From Gammaproteobacteria bacterium (GTDB lineage: Bacteria > Pseudomonadota > Gammaproteobacteria > GCA-002705445 > GCA-002716945): DNA of 64,000 nt. The position numbers were made by a program, and so were the translations under genes. This document shows positions 49,653 through 61,255 of this stretch, piece by piece. The notes under the pieces are model-generated. The model saw nothing but the letters and a program-made list of their open reading frames with translations, had not been told where the DNA came from and did no database searches. The stretch lies in assembly GCA_038142325.1 (NCBI GenBank), contig JAYQJW010000002.1:683328-747327 (forward strand), read 5' to 3'. How positions within the stretch are numbered: the stretch's first letter is position 1; each line of letters starts with the position of its first letter.

Positions 49653-50269
49653 TTATATGCTCTTATTTTCGCGACAAAATCTTTCATAAGGCTTTTATCT
49701 TTATGACCAATACTTTTCTCAATTCCACTACTAACATCAAGGCATTTAGGTCTGCTAATGTTTAGTAAGTCTAATATATTATCAGGTTTCAACCCGCCAG
49801 CAATAAATAACTTCTCTGATGGTATAGTTTCTAGGATTTTCCAATCAAATGACATTCCTGTGCCTCCCATCATTTGTTTATTGGAAGTATCTAGAAGATA
49901 ATCAATATCATCAAAGTTTAATGTATTAATTTTTTCATAAATATTATCTGTAACATGAATAGTTTTAATAATTTCTTTACCAAGCTTTTTATATACATCT
50001 ACATTTTCATTGCCATGTAGTTGAATTACGTCTAAGTCAACTGAACTTAAAACAGACTCTATCGCTGACACATCTTGATTCAAGAATACGCCAACAGATT
50101 TAATCTTATGTTTTTTACAAATATTTACTGCTTCTTGTGCTGTTGTAATATCGATAGTTCTTGGGAGATTTTCTACAAAAATCATACCTAGATAATTAAT
50201 ATCAAGAGATGCTGCAAAGGAGATATCATCAATATGTTTAAAACCACATAGTTTAATAAGTGTGTTCAT
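49649..50269 (-). CDS. trpF: Phosphoribosylanthranilate isomerase
   Basis: [35 protein letters not shown]. Confidence 0.95.
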   Translation of the reverse strand: MNTLIKLCGFKHIDDISFAASLDINYLGMIFVENLPRTIDITTAQEAVNICKKHKIKSVGVFLNQDVSAIESVLSSVDLDVIQLHGNENVDVYKKLGKEIIKTIHVTDNIYEKINTLNFDDIDYLLDTSNKQMMGGTGMSFDWKILETIPSEKLFIAGGLKPDNILDLLNISRPKCLDVSSGIEKSIGHKDKSLMKDFVAKIRAYK

Positions 50270-50278
50270 ATACGCATA

Positions 50279-51061
50279 CTATAATAAGATAGATTCATTG
50301 TTATATTTAATTTGATATTTTTGTGGGTAAGTCGTACGCCATAAAAATAAAGCATTTGCTGGTGCCATTTTGCTGCAGTACTTTCTATTCTTTTCATTCA
50401 TTATTTTATTGATATCACTAGGTTTAAGTTTTGATGTTCCAACATCTAAAATACTACCTACTATATTTCTAACCATATGGTAAAGGAATGCATTTGCTGT
50501 GATAGTAAATACAATCAATTTATTCTCTTTCTCCAGGGACAATGACAGAACATTTCTTTCAGGGCTATTTGCCTGACAACCAGAAGATCTAAAACTCGTA
50601 AAATCATGCTTACCTTTAATATATTTCAATGAAGATTTCATTTTTGTCAAAGATAGTTTGTCTCTAACGATGCAAGTAAATGACCTATTAAAAATTGAAA
50701 GTGAATCATCATTACTTATAAAATATTTATAAGTCCTAGAGACAGCTGAAAACCTAGCATGAAAATCTTTGGGTACTTTATAAATATTTTTTACTCTAAT
50801 ATCTTCTGGCAAATTAGAGTTTGCTCCATCTATCCAATTTTTCTCCGATCGTTTAGAGGAAGTATCAAAGTGAATAATTTGATTTAATGCATTTACTTTT
50901 GTATCGGTTCGCCCAGAACAAATTGATTTAATTTTATGGTTAGCTATTTTTGATAAAGCGTTATCTACAAAATATTGGACAGTGTTATTGGAATCGATAT
51001 TTTGTCTCTGCCATCCATAATATTTTTTCCCGATATACTCAATGGATAAAGCAAGGCGCAT
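50279..51061 (-). CDS. truA: tRNA pseudouridine(38-40) synthase
   Basis: YYGWQRQ, SGRTD, FHARFSA, HDFTSFR, NAFLYHMVRNIVG. Confidence 0.96.
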   Translation of the reverse strand: MRLALSIEYIGKKYYGWQRQNIDSNNTVQYFVDNALSKIANHKIKSICSGRTDTKVNALNQIIHFDTSSKRSEKNWIDGANSNLPEDIRVKNIYKVPKDFHARFSAVSRTYKYFISNDDSLSIFNRSFTCIVRDKLSLTKMKSSLKYIKGKHDFTSFRSSGCQANSPERNVLSLSLEKENKLIVFTITANAFLYHMVRNIVGSILDVGTSKLKPSDINKIMNEKNRKYCSKMAPANALFLWRTTYPQKYQIKYNNESILL

Positions 51062-51834
51062 TAATTTATCTGTAGATTAAGAATTTTAGCCTCATGAGCT
51101 TCATCGGATGTTCCTTTTTTTATTATATCCATAATAATTTCTCTTGCTCTATCCTTCTCTCCACTTTCTATAAGAGCACGTGCAAGGTCAATTTTTGACA
51201 TATTATCATCGATTTCAGTTTCTGAACTATTATCTGATTCAGTATCTTCACTGAGTTGATCACCTTGATTTAACTCCTCATCAATATGTGTGCTATTGGA
51301 TTGCTCATCTGTTATTGAAACATCTTCAGGTTGATCAATAGTATTTGAAGAATCAATTGCTACATTTTCCGCAGCAACTCTTCTTATTTTTTTTGATCTT
51401 ACAGGAACTGAAGGATTAACAGTTACAGATTCAGCTAACTTAGAGAGAAATGCTCTAATATCCTCGGCAATTTCTTTCATTTCATTGTCTTTTTTATTAT
51501 CTTCATTCTCAACATTTGTATGTGACGCATTAATAGCTTCTTTAAGTTTTTGAATTCTCTTCACAAGATCAATATTATTTTGCTCTAGAGTTCTGAATCT
51601 CTCTAATACATAACCCACAACGAAGAGGATTAATAATGTAGTTAAAATACCAGACGTAGTAAAAGTAATATTTGGAATAATCAAATAATAGCTATGAATA
51701 TTAAGTGACTTAATAAATGCTGCAATCATACTCAGTGTACTTAATACACCGAAAGAGGTTGAAGGAATAATAGATTTGGATTCTAAGATGCCCAAAATAG
51801 TTAATATTATTATTACTAAAATGAAGATTCTCAT
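51061..51834 (-). CDS. Reduced FimV/HubP-like membrane protein (TM segments, acidic linker, FimV C-terminal domain)
   Basis: C-terminal SKIDLARALIESGEKDRAREIIMDII...EAKIL; asd-fimV-truA order. Confidence 0.72.
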   Translation of the reverse strand: MRIFILVIIILTILGILESKSIIPSTSFGVLSTLSMIAAFIKSLNIHSYYLIIPNITFTTSGILTTLLILFVVGYVLERFRTLEQNNIDLVKRIQKLKEAINASHTNVENEDNKKDNEMKEIAEDIRAFLSKLAESVTVNPSVPVRSKKIRRVAAENVAIDSSNTIDQPEDVSITDEQSNSTHIDEELNQGDQLSEDTESDNSSETEIDDNMSKIDLARALIESGEKDRAREIIMDIIKKGTSDEAHEAKILNLQIN

Positions 51835-51838
51835 ATGT

Positions 51839-52861
51839 TTACTCCTCTATAAGATGCTCAGCTATTTGTATACTATTTAAAGCAGCTCCTTTTCTTACAT
51901 TATCAGCTACAACCCATAAATTTAAAGAATTTTTTTTATCAAGTCCGTTTCTCAATCTGCCAACATACACATCATCAGTCCCATGACCATGTTCAAATGA
52001 AGTTGGAAAATCAATTGTTGACACATCATCAATTATTTGAATGCCACTGAAGTTTTCAAGGCATTTTCTGGCATGATTAATATTAATATCTTTTTCAGTC
52101 TCTATGTATACACTTTCAGCATGACCAATCAAAACCGGTACCCTGACTGCAGTTGGATTGATAGTAATTTTCTCATCCATAATTTTATGAGTCTCCCAAA
52201 CCATCTTCATTTCTTCTCTTGTATAATCATTATCAAGAAAACAATCTACAAAAGGAATTGTATTAAAAGCAATTTGTTTTGGATAAACTTTCATATCCAT
52301 TGACCTTTGATCAATATATGCAGATGATTGTTGAAGTAACTCTTCTACTCCATCTTTTCCTGAACCAGACACAGCCTGATAAGTACTGACATTAATATGT
52401 TGAATATTAAATTCATCATGAAGAGGTTTTAATGCAACCAACATCTGAATGGTTGAACAATTAGGATTAGCTATTATGTTTGTCTCTTTATATTTAGATA
52501 TATCTTCAGGATTAACCTCAGGTACAACTAAAGGTATATTATCAACATATCTAAATTCAGATGTATTATCTATTATAATACAATCTTCTTTTGCAGCTTT
52601 GGTTGCATACTCTTTTGAGATAGAGCCTCCAGCGCTAAAAAAAGCAATATCGATATTTGTAAAACTAAATTCATCAAGTGCTTCAACTGTAATAAGTTCA
52701 TCACCAAATTTTGCTTTAGAACCTTTAGATTTTTGACTAGCAACTGCATGGAGCTTTTCGATAGGAAATTTTCGACTGTGTAGGATATCAAGTAACGACT
52801 CACCAACTATTCCTGTTGCGCCAACAACTGCAACATTATATCTTTCTTTTTTAGTTAGCAT
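51839..52861 (-). CDS. asd: Aspartate-semialdehyde dehydrogenase
   Basis: VVGATGIVG, FFSAGG, PLVVPEVN, IANPNCSTIQM, STYQAVSG, DNVRKGAALN. Confidence 0.97.
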   Translation of the reverse strand: MLTKKERYNVAVVGATGIVGESLLDILHSRKFPIEKLHAVASQKSKGSKAKFGDELITVEALDEFSFTNIDIAFFSAGGSISKEYATKAAKEDCIIIDNTSEFRYVDNIPLVVPEVNPEDISKYKETNIIANPNCSTIQMLVALKPLHDEFNIQHINVSTYQAVSGSGKDGVEELLQQSSAYIDQRSMDMKVYPKQIAFNTIPFVDCFLDNDYTREEMKMVWETHKIMDEKITINPTAVRVPVLIGHAESVYIETEKDININHARKCLENFSGIQIIDDVSTIDFPTSFEHGHGTDDVYVGRLRNGLDKKNSLNLWVVADNVRKGAALNSIQIAEHLIEE

Positions 52862-53931
52862 AGTTTTTTTATCATATCTAAAACTTTATCGCCCATTTCT
52901 GATGTTGAAATATAATCTTTAGACGATAAATCTTTTGTAAAGTAGCCTGATTGTAATACATCATTAACAGATTGCTTAACAATCTTTGCTAAATCTTGTC
53001 TATCTAGTGTGTAGTCAAACATCATACCTAAAGATAAAATCATAGCTAATGGATTGACAATACCTTGGCCAGCTATATCAGGGGCTGATCCATGAATAGG
53101 CTCAAACATACCGGTATCATCAGACAGTGATGCTGAAGGTAAAAGACCAATTGAACCCGTAAGCATAGAGGCTGCATCAGATAATATATCACCAAATAAA
53201 TTTGGTGAGAGAATGACATCAAATTGTTTTGGATTTTTAATGATTTGCATTGCAGCATTATCAACATACATATGTTGTAACTCAATGTCATCATGTCCTG
53301 ACATCATTCGGTCAACAGTCTGTCTCCATAACTGTGAACATTCAAGGACATTTGCCTTATCAACCGATGTAATTTTTTTATCTCTTTTTTTTGCAGTCTC
53401 TATAGCAAACTTAGTGATTCTTTGTACTTCAGATTCAGAATAAAGCATTGTATTGTAACCAACTCTATCTCCATTTACATCTTTGAATCCTCTAGGTTCG
53501 CCAAAATAGACATCACCTATCAATTCTCTGATAATCACAATATCAAGATCATTTATTAAATCAGCTTTAAGAGATGAATATTTAGATAGCGTATTGAATA
53601 CAAAAATTGGTCGTATATTGATATATAGGTTTAAATGTTTTCTTAATGCAAGTAATCCATATTCAGGTTTAAGTTCTCGAGGATTGTTATCATATTTTGG
53701 AGTACCAACTGATGCTAACAATACAGCGTCGCAATCCCTGGCTCTTTCTAGCGTTTCATTGGTGATAGGTTTATTACATTTATCTAAAGATGCTCCACCT
53801 ATGTCTGCAAATTCATAAGATATATTAGTTAATTTAGATTCATTGAAGTAATCAATGATCTTTAAAGCCTCTGTAGTGATTTCAGGTCCAATCTCATCTC
53901 CAGGAAGTATTAAGATATTCTTTTTATTCAT
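52855..53931 (-). CDS. leuB: 3-isopropylmalate dehydrogenase
   Basis: LPGDEIGPEI, RELIGDVYFG, VDKANVLE, YVDNAAMQ, NLFGDILSD, EPIHGSAPDIAG. Confidence 0.97.
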   Translation of the reverse strand: MNKKNILILPGDEIGPEITTEALKIIDYFNESKLTNISYEFADIGGASLDKCNKPITNETLERARDCDAVLLASVGTPKYDNNPRELKPEYGLLALRKHLNLYINIRPIFVFNTLSKYSSLKADLINDLDIVIIRELIGDVYFGEPRGFKDVNGDRVGYNTMLYSESEVQRITKFAIETAKKRDKKITSVDKANVLECSQLWRQTVDRMMSGHDDIELQHMYVDNAAMQIIKNPKQFDVILSPNLFGDILSDAASMLTGSIGLLPSASLSDDTGMFEPIHGSAPDIAGQGIVNPLAMILSLGMMFDYTLDRQDLAKIVKQSVNDVLQSGYFTKDLSSKDYISTSEMGDKVLDMIKKLC

Positions 53932-54562
53932 TACCGAACAACCAAGGTTTATTTTGCCTCATTTTACTCTCATAAGATTTAATTTCATCTTTAAACCTCA
54001 AAGTTAACTCAATATCGTCCAAATTATTAATAATGCGATCTTTATAAGAGTCATCGATGGAAAAGCTAATTTGTTCACCATTTGGCTTAGTAATGTTTTC
54101 ACTTTCAAGATCTATGCTTAAAATATATTCGCTTTCCTTTAGAGTAGTATTGATAATGTCTTCTATAACTTGTGCATCTAGCGAAATTAACAATAATCCA
54201 TTTTTAAAACTGTTACGTGAGAATATATCAGCAAAGCTTTCGGCAATAACAACATCAATGCCATAATTTTGAATTGCCCATACTGCATGTTCACGTGATG
54301 AGCCGCAACCGAAGTTTGCTTTAGCAATTAAAATTTTTCCATTTCTATATGGTGTTTTATTTAATATGAAACTAGAATCTTCTTCTCTTTCTTTAGTACT
54401 ATCAAGAGTAGCTGTTTCGTTATATCTCAAAGAGTCAAACAAATACGGTCCAAAGCCAGATTTTTTAATAGATTTTAAGTATTGTTTTGGGATGATTAAA
54501 TCTGTATCAACATTATCCCTATTAATAGGAATTACTTGGCCTGAAAATAATTTATTTTTCAT
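53924..54562 (-). CDS. leuD: 3-isopropylmalate dehydratase small subunit
   Basis: [38 protein letters not shown]. Confidence 0.97.
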   Translation of the reverse strand: MKNKLFSGQVIPINRDNVDTDLIIPKQYLKSIKKSGFGPYLFDSLRYNETATLDSTKEREEDSSFILNKTPYRNGKILIAKANFGCGSSREHAVWAIQNYGIDVVIAESFADIFSRNSFKNGLLLISLDAQVIEDIINTTLKESEYILSIDLESENITKPNGEQISFSIDDSYKDRIINNLDDIELTLRFKDEIKSYESKMRQNKPWLFGNE

Positions 54563-55955
54563 TCATAAAATCCTTTACGTTATAGAAATGTCCTTTAATA
54601 GCTGCAGCAGCTGCCATGCTTGGACTCACTAAATGTGTTCTTCCTTTATCGCCTTGTCTTCCTTGGAAGTTTCGATTAGAAGTAGATGCACATCTTTCAT
54701 ATGGCTCCAAAAAGTCATCATTCATACCCAAACACATCGAGCATCCGGGGTCTCTCCATTCAAATCCCGCTTGTAAAAATATTTTATCAAGACCTTCGTT
54801 TTCTGCCTGTGCTTTAACAAGACCTGAACCTGGTACTATGATAGCTTGTTTGATATTTGATGAAACTTTTTCCCCTTTAACCACATCAGCGGCTTGGCGA
54901 AGATCTTCAATTCTGGAATTTGTACAAGATCCTATAAATATTTTATCCAAATGAATCGCTTTAATTTCAGTGACTGGCTCTAACCCCATATATTTAAGAG
55001 TGTCTAAATACTCTTCTTGATTATTAATACTGTCTGCATTAGGAATTTTATCATCGACCGAGACTACCATCTCTGGTGATGTTCCCCAGGTAACTTGCGG
55101 ATCAATATTACTTGCATCAAATTTTTCAACTCTATCAAATACAGCATTATCATCACTTTTAAGTGTTTCCCAATATTTGAGTGCTTGATCATAATGCTTA
55201 GCTGATGGTAAAAATTCTCGATCTTTTAAATAATCATGAGTTGTTTGATCAAAAGACATTAAACCTGACTTTGCTCCTGCCTCAATCGTCATATTACAAA
55301 TTGTCATACGCGACTCTATACTTAGATCAGCAATTGTTGATCCGGCATACTCTATTGTATAACCTGTCCCACCTGATGTTCCAATTTTACCAATTATATG
55401 TAGTATTAAATCTTTTGATGTTATGTGAGGATTTAAGCTTCCATTAACTTCAATTTTAAAATTTTTTTCTTTTTTCAAATTGAGACATTGAGTTGCAAGT
55501 ACATGTTCTACATCACTTGTACCAATCCCAAAAGCTAGCGATGCAAGAGCTCCGTGTGTAGAAGTATGTGAATCACCACATACTAATGTCATACCAGGTT
55601 GAGTCATTGCTAATTCTGGTCGAATTACATGGACGATACCTTGTTTGACGTTACCTAAATCATAAAATTGTAAATTATGCTTTTTGCAGTTGTTGCGTAG
55701 TGTTTCTATTTGAAGTTTTGAAACAGGATCCGCTATTCCTTTATCTCTATTAATAGTTGGGACATTATGATCTGTTGTAGCAAGTATAGAATGCTGATTC
55801 CATATATCTCTTTGTTTGATATCAAGTCCGTCAAAAGCTTGAGGTGATGTTACTTCATGTATTAAATGACGATCAATATATATCAAGGATGTTTTATCAT
55901 CATTATTGCGTATGCAATGTTCATCCCATATTTTATCGTACAAAGTATTATTCAT
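54552..55955 (-). CDS. leuC: 3-isopropylmalate dehydratase large subunit
   Basis: [50 protein letters not shown]. Confidence 0.97.
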   Translation of the reverse strand: MNNTLYDKIWDEHCIRNNDDKTSLIYIDRHLIHEVTSPQAFDGLDIKQRDIWNQHSILATTDHNVPTINRDKGIADPVSKLQIETLRNNCKKHNLQFYDLGNVKQGIVHVIRPELAMTQPGMTLVCGDSHTSTHGALASLAFGIGTSDVEHVLATQCLNLKKEKNFKIEVNGSLNPHITSKDLILHIIGKIGTSGGTGYTIEYAGSTIADLSIESRMTICNMTIEAGAKSGLMSFDQTTHDYLKDREFLPSAKHYDQALKYWETLKSDDNAVFDRVEKFDASNIDPQVTWGTSPEMVVSVDDKIPNADSINNQEEYLDTLKYMGLEPVTEIKAIHLDKIFIGSCTNSRIEDLRQAADVVKGEKVSSNIKQAIIVPGSGLVKAQAENEGLDKIFLQAGFEWRDPGCSMCLGMNDDFLEPYERCASTSNRNFQGRQGDKGRTHLVSPSMAAAAAIKGHFYNVKDFMNEK

Positions 55956-55966
55956 ATTTTAAGAGT

Positions 55967-57025
55967 TTATTTGTTTTGAGCTTTATGCCTTAGATATAAA
56001 TCACATAAAGTTAATGCCATCATTGCTTCTGCTATTGGAACAGCTCTTATACCTACGCATGGGTCATGTCTTCCCTTGGTTCTTACAGTAGTAGGTTTAT
56101 TTTTTTCATCAATAGTTTTACCTGGAATCAAAATACTTGATGTAGGTTTCAAAGCAATATTCACTTTTAAATCTTGGCCGGTCGAGATTCCACCAAGCGT
56201 ACCTCCTGAAAAATTACTCAAGAAACCTTTGGGCGTAATTTCATCTCTAGCTTCAGATCCTTTTTGATTTACCACATCAAACCCAGCGCCTATTTCAACG
56301 CCCTTAACAGCATTAATTGACATCATAGCTTGCGCAAGGAGCGCATCAAGTTTATCAAAAACTGGCTCACCTAATCCTACAGGTATATTCTTACCAACAA
56401 TTGTCACCTTTGCACCAATAGAGTCTCCAGCTTTTCTAATACTTGTTATATATTTTTCTAATTCAGGAACTTTTTTATTATCTGGAAAAAAGAACGGATT
56501 AGTTTCAATATCTTTTGTTTTTATCACGCTCGGTGTAATCTCGCCTAATTGAGATACATATCCAAATATTTTTGTTCTATTAACTTTTTGTAAATATTTT
56601 TTTGCTATGGCACCTGCAGCTACACGAGCAACAGTCTCTCTTGCAGACGATCTACCGGCGCCTCTGTAATCTCTTATTCCATATTTTTTTTGATATGTAA
56701 AATCTGCGTGACCTGGTCTGAATTTACTCTTAATTTCTGAGTAGTCCTTAGACTTTTGGTCTTTATTAAAAATTAAAAGTGCTATCGGTGTTCCTGTTGT
56801 AACGCCGTTAAAAACACCTGATAGGATCTCTACTTTATCGTCTTCTTTTCTCTGAGTAGTATATTTTGATTGTCCAGGCTTTCTTCGATCAAGATCTTTT
56901 TGTATATCAGATTCATCAATTTTAATATTAGGTGGACATCCATCAATAACACAACCAAGGGCTTTTCCATGGCTTTCGCCAAAGGTTGTTACTCTAAAGA
57001 TCTTACCGAATGTGTTGCCAGACAT
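55967..57025 (-). CDS. aroC: Chorismate synthase
   Basis: [47 protein letters not shown]. Confidence 0.97.
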   Translation of the reverse strand: MSGNTFGKIFRVTTFGESHGKALGCVIDGCPPNIKIDESDIQKDLDRRKPGQSKYTTQRKEDDKVEILSGVFNGVTTGTPIALLIFNKDQKSKDYSEIKSKFRPGHADFTYQKKYGIRDYRGAGRSSARETVARVAAGAIAKKYLQKVNRTKIFGYVSQLGEITPSVIKTKDIETNPFFFPDNKKVPELEKYITSIRKAGDSIGAKVTIVGKNIPVGLGEPVFDKLDALLAQAMMSINAVKGVEIGAGFDVVNQKGSEARDEITPKGFLSNFSGGTLGGISTGQDLKVNIALKPTSSILIPGKTIDEKNKPTTVRTKGRHDPCVGIRAVPIAEAMMALTLCDLYLRHKAQNK

Positions 57026-57120
57026 AATTAATATTTTTATTGCATTATAGACAAAATATCATATATTTGCTGATAAATTTCATGGGTCAGCTGTAAATAG
57101 TTAACACATGAAGATAAGAT

Positions 57121-57996
57121 ATGAATTCAATGGTCAATTTCATTATAAGACTGAAAAAAATCATACTCTCTTACTGGCTATATTTTATTCCTCATCATTT
57201 GGTATCTCGCTTTACGTATATAATAACTAGAACTCACCACCCGCTTACTCATTACTTAATTAAGCTGTATATAAAAATGTTCAAGATTAATATCAGTGAG
57301 TGCGAAGAGGAAAATATCGAAAAATATAATACATTCTGCGACTTCTTCACAAGAAAACTCAAAAAAGGCATACATGTCGTAGATAAGAATAATAAATCAG
57401 TAGTCTCATCGTGTGATGGGAGAATTTTACAGTTTGGGAAAATTGAAGATAAATCAATTCTTCAAGTCAAAGGTATCAAGACTTCTGTTCAATCGCTCTT
57501 GTGTAACGATAAAGAATTATCATCTATTTATAGTAAAGGTTCATTTTTAACTATTTATTTATCTCCAAAAGATTATCATCGTGTTCATAGCCCTGCTAAT
57601 GACAAACTTATGAAGACACTACATATTCCTGGAAGACTGTTTAGTGTCGCAGATCATGCTGTAGAATGTATCAAAGATTTATATGCAAAAAATGAGAGAT
57701 TAGTTTGTCACTTCAAGGATGATAGTATTAATTTTTCAGTAATTTTTGTAGGCGCTATTAATGTCTCGTCAATTGAAACTCAATGGAAAGGCGAAGTCTC
57801 ACCTCCAATGCCAAAAAAACTAATTTCTACTAAATATGGAAATAAAAATATTGTAATTAATAAAGGTGATGAGGTAGGAATGTTTAAATCAGGATCAACT
57901 GTTGTTTTGCTTTTTACAGAAAATGTTAAGTTATCCGATAAGATTAAAGTTAATCAAGCAATAAGAGTTGGTCAGAAAATTGGCATGATTCATTAA
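57121..57996 (+). CDS. psd: Phosphatidylserine decarboxylase proenzyme
   Basis: FFTRKLK, DG motif, TIYLSPKDYHRVH, KNER, VGAINV, cleavage motif FKSGST. Confidence 0.93.
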   Translation: MNSMVNFIIRLKKIILSYWLYFIPHHLVSRFTYIITRTHHPLTHYLIKLYIKMFKINISECEEENIEKYNTFCDFFTRKLKKGIHVVDKNNKSVVSSCDGRILQFGKIEDKSILQVKGIKTSVQSLLCNDKELSSIYSKGSFLTIYLSPKDYHRVHSPANDKLMKTLHIPGRLFSVADHAVECIKDLYAKNERLVCHFKDDSINFSVIFVGAINVSSIETQWKGEVSPPMPKKLISTKYGNKNIVINKGDEVGMFKSGSTVVLLFTENVKLSDKIKVNQAIRVGQKIGMIH

Positions 57997-58628
57997 ATAG
58001 TATGTCCTGCATAACTCGGTAAAGCATCTTTATAATCAAAACTCTCTTTCAAACTACAATATGTTTTGTAATATTCAATTAATAATTCTGAATTAATATA
58101 ATCATCTATTAAAATATGATTAGATATTTCTTCATTGATAATATCTTGTGAATCAGTAGCAATCGTATAGTCAGTTAAAGGTTTGACATCTGAGAATATC
58201 ATTGTAGTACATGGCTCTTCCATAATGCATTCATTTAAATTTATTTTGATAAGACCATGGAAGATTTGATTGCCAAAGGCTTTTTTTATAATTTGTAAAT
58301 TCTCTATTTGATGTTTTTTATAAATAGAATATGCATCTAAATTGAGTGAATTAATTCCATAGACAGGACAGTCATTGCTATAACCAATTGCTTGGACTAT
58401 TGCAGATGACACTCTTACACCTGTAAAACTTCCAGGGCCACTGTTGAAAATAACTGAATCAATTTGATTAGGACTTATTTCACATTTTGAAACAAGATTA
58501 TCAATTTCAACTAAAATACTTTCACTGGATACAGATTCAGATGTATCTTGAAATGTTTTAACCTCATTATCCTTAGATAAACTTAGAGAAAAAGATTTTC
58601 CAGATGAATCAATAGCAAGTATATTCAT
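57993..58628 (-). CDS. tsaB: tRNA threonylcarbamoyladenosine biosynthesis protein TsaB
   Basis: MNILAIDSS, GPGSFTGVR, C-terminal ALPSY. Confidence 0.88.
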   Translation of the reverse strand: MNILAIDSSGKSFSLSLSKDNEVKTFQDTSESVSSESILVEIDNLVSKCEISPNQIDSVIFNSGPGSFTGVRVSSAIVQAIGYSNDCPVYGINSLNLDAYSIYKKHQIENLQIIKKAFGNQIFHGLIKINLNECIMEEPCTTMIFSDVKPLTDYTIATDSQDIINEEISNHILIDDYINSELLIEYYKTYCSLKESFDYKDALPSYAGHTI

Positions 58629-58663
58629 ATGTCATACTATACTATAGAATATACAAAAATTAT

Positions 58664-58734
58664 CTCCCCGTAGTTAAACTGGATATAACAAGACCCTCCT
58701 AAGGTTTAGTTCCTGGTTCGAGTCCGGGGGGAGG
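58664..58734 (+). tRNA. tRNA-Arg (CCT); 3' acceptor strand appears about 2 nt short and CCA is not encoded
   Basis: CTCCCCG-TAGTTAAACTGGATATAAC, anticodon arm AGACC-CTCCTAA-GGTTT, T arm CCTGG-TTCGAGT-CCGGG. Confidence 0.85.
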
Positions 58735-58773
58735 AAAGCTAAGTCATAATCATCAATGCTTAAAATAATTGCT

Positions 58774-59232
58774 TTATAGACCTCTATAAATACACTGGAG
58801 ACTAGCTACTTCAGTAACAATTATATTACCTGAACTTTTAGATTTGCTAACTGCCCTAACTGGACAAATCTTCATAATATTATATTGGGTGCCTCTGTAT
58901 ATACCTGCTGTTTCCATTACTACACCGCACAAATTATCAAATACCCCTACAGTTGTATTTACACCATTAGCTTTTGCTAAAGCTTCGAAAGCAGGTGCTG
59001 TATCGTAGGGATATGCTACAAGTTTAGTTACGCCAAATTCATTTGAAGATTGACAGATATTATTTAAATCCTCTTTACTTACACATTTCCTGTTAGCACT
59101 TTCAGTACATGAGCCGTCAGCATAATGTATATAGGCTACACCAGGCTCCATATCATCTGCTGGATTAGAAGAACACGAGGTTATGATAATACTAATACAA
59201 AAAATAAATAAATACTTACTAAGTTCTCTCAT
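58774..59232 (-). CDS. Hypothetical Cys-rich lipoprotein
   Basis: Signal peptide with lipobox ITSC, six further Cys, RBS-like AGAGGA upstream; no family recognised. Confidence 0.7.
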   Translation of the reverse strand: MRELSKYLFIFCISIIITSCSSNPADDMEPGVAYIHYADGSCTESANRKCVSKEDLNNICQSSNEFGVTKLVAYPYDTAPAFEALAKANGVNTTVGVFDNLCGVVMETAGIYRGTQYNIMKICPVRAVSKSKSSGNIIVTEVASLQCIYRGL

Positions 59233-59360
59233 GACAATCCTCTCTTATATTATGAATATTCTTCTACTTAAATTCATAGTAACTTAGATTCAAAGCCTGA
59301 TTTCAATAAGAGTTAGGAATGATGTATTAAATTTATATAAATTATTGATATAATTAATTA

Positions 59361-61243
59361 ATGAAAAATCTTTCACTCATAGCTTTGTTTCTTATAAGTT
59401 CTTTAATTACAGTTACAGCTTTGTCTGATGATACACTCTCGGCTTTATCAATAGAAAATTATGAAAAATCTAATATAAGTTTTAATTCAATTTATACTGG
59501 TACTAAAGAAGGGGTTTTGTATAAGAATACTAAAAACACCAACAATAACTTGTCCATTTTCATATCAAAAAATTCAAATTATTATCTTATGACAGACTTT
59601 GATAAATTAGGCAAAGAGACTGGTCTATGGTATCAACAAAGAGGAAATAATAGAGATGATCCCGATACAATAAGATCAGGTATATTCAAGAATAATCAAT
59701 TTATTGGGCATATTAAATGTAAATCGGGATGTAGCGATAACTACTTCTCAAGATCTAAGAGCGATCGTAAAGGTAATTCAAGAAATATTATTTGGTCAAA
59801 TGATAAAGGCATAATGTATTTATCGAATTCAGATTATGAAGAAGCGATCTACTACATAGAATTTGAAAAAAAAATACAAAGTTATGGTCAGGAGATTTCT
59901 TAAACCTGAATATGATGGAATAGTTGATGTCTATGCCATGCAAGACAAAAAACGTGTTGGAATAATCTTAGTTTTAAAATCAAAAGAAAAGAGTCATTGA
60001 GAAAACATATAATTTTTATACTAATTTAGATACATCTAAAAAATATCCGTCACAAATGATGAAAAGTGAAGATGCAATTGAACCCACCTATCCTATTGTA
60101 AGAGGTAATAAGATAAATGATGTATCTGCAGAAGCATATGATATAGCGGTGGCACTAATAGACTATATAGATGGTAATTTTAAAACAATTAAAGACATGG
60201 TGTTTAATGATAAAGAGTTTGAAACAAATCAATCATCATTTAAAAAACTTTATAATATGATTGTAGCATATGAGAAAGACATCGAGGATAAGAAATTGCT
60301 TGCTATCAAAAACAAACAAGATGAAATAAGCGCTTTGTTTGAGAGAAAAAAAGAGATTCTTAAAGATGTATATTTTGGTGATAGGGTACTAATTAGAAAT
60401 GCCGCAGTCAGTCCATATAAAGGCTTAGCAAGTCAAAAAAATATAAAACATTTTGATTCATGCGAAAATATTAAAGATGGTTTAATTAATTATATGCAAA
60501 TTAAAACAGACTCAAATGGAGTGAAGACGCTTTATCAAGGAAAATTGCTACTTAAAGATAGTAGTGTAAGTGAACTCACTGATATATTATTTGTAAAAAC
60601 TAAAAAGGAAGCATCAAACTATTCATTGCCTGAACAATCTGTCGAAGACAAGATTTCTACAGAATATATAAAAGAATCTGCATCGCACGAGAAAATTTAT
60701 TATATAAACCCTACTCATCTCGCATATGGAAACAGTACATGGACTGTTGATGCGAAACAATCTGAGAGAAAAATTGATCATAATAGTAAAATTTTTAAAT
60801 CTGATGCCCTTATTTTATTACAGGTAGACAAAGCATTAGAAGACGATAAACATAAAAAATCAGCATCAAAGAGACAGGCTGATATAGATTTATCGAAAAA
60901 GGAAATCGGCGGCCTTATGTTTGGTTCGTGTCCTGCAGATGATTTTGAAAAATTACAAGCAAGATTATCTAAAAAAATATAGATCAAACATTATTAGCAA
61001 AGGAATTAAGCAGTTCAAAAAAGAGATGGAATCGAGCAGTTGAGAATGAAAAACAAAGACAATTACAACAAGCAAAAAATGCTGATCAATGTAATAGATA
61101 TCAACGTTTTATATGGGATACATGGGGTTCAAGTAAAATATATATTTCCAATTTATTGCTGGTGGCGTATACAGAAATGAATGGCTACCATTTATAAGAA
61201 GTAATTGTAATATTACAGTTCCGCATACCGGTGGAAATGGATA
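59361..61243 (+). CDS. Hypothetical exported protein, probably one gene of about 620 aa broken by several indels (ORFs 59361-59903 and 60056-60982 plus flanking frames)
   Basis: Signal peptide MKNLSLIALFLISSLITVTALS; both called ORFs end just after A-runs, and open alternative frames bridge 59870-60056 and 60975-61243. Confidence 0.5.
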
Positions 61244-61255
61244 GTAATAAAAGAA

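Noticed and set aside
57871-57905. Psd cleavage motif SGST instead of LGST
   Set aside because: The Gly-Ser cleavage pair and the upstream Asp and His residues are intact; a single change is within family variation or error.
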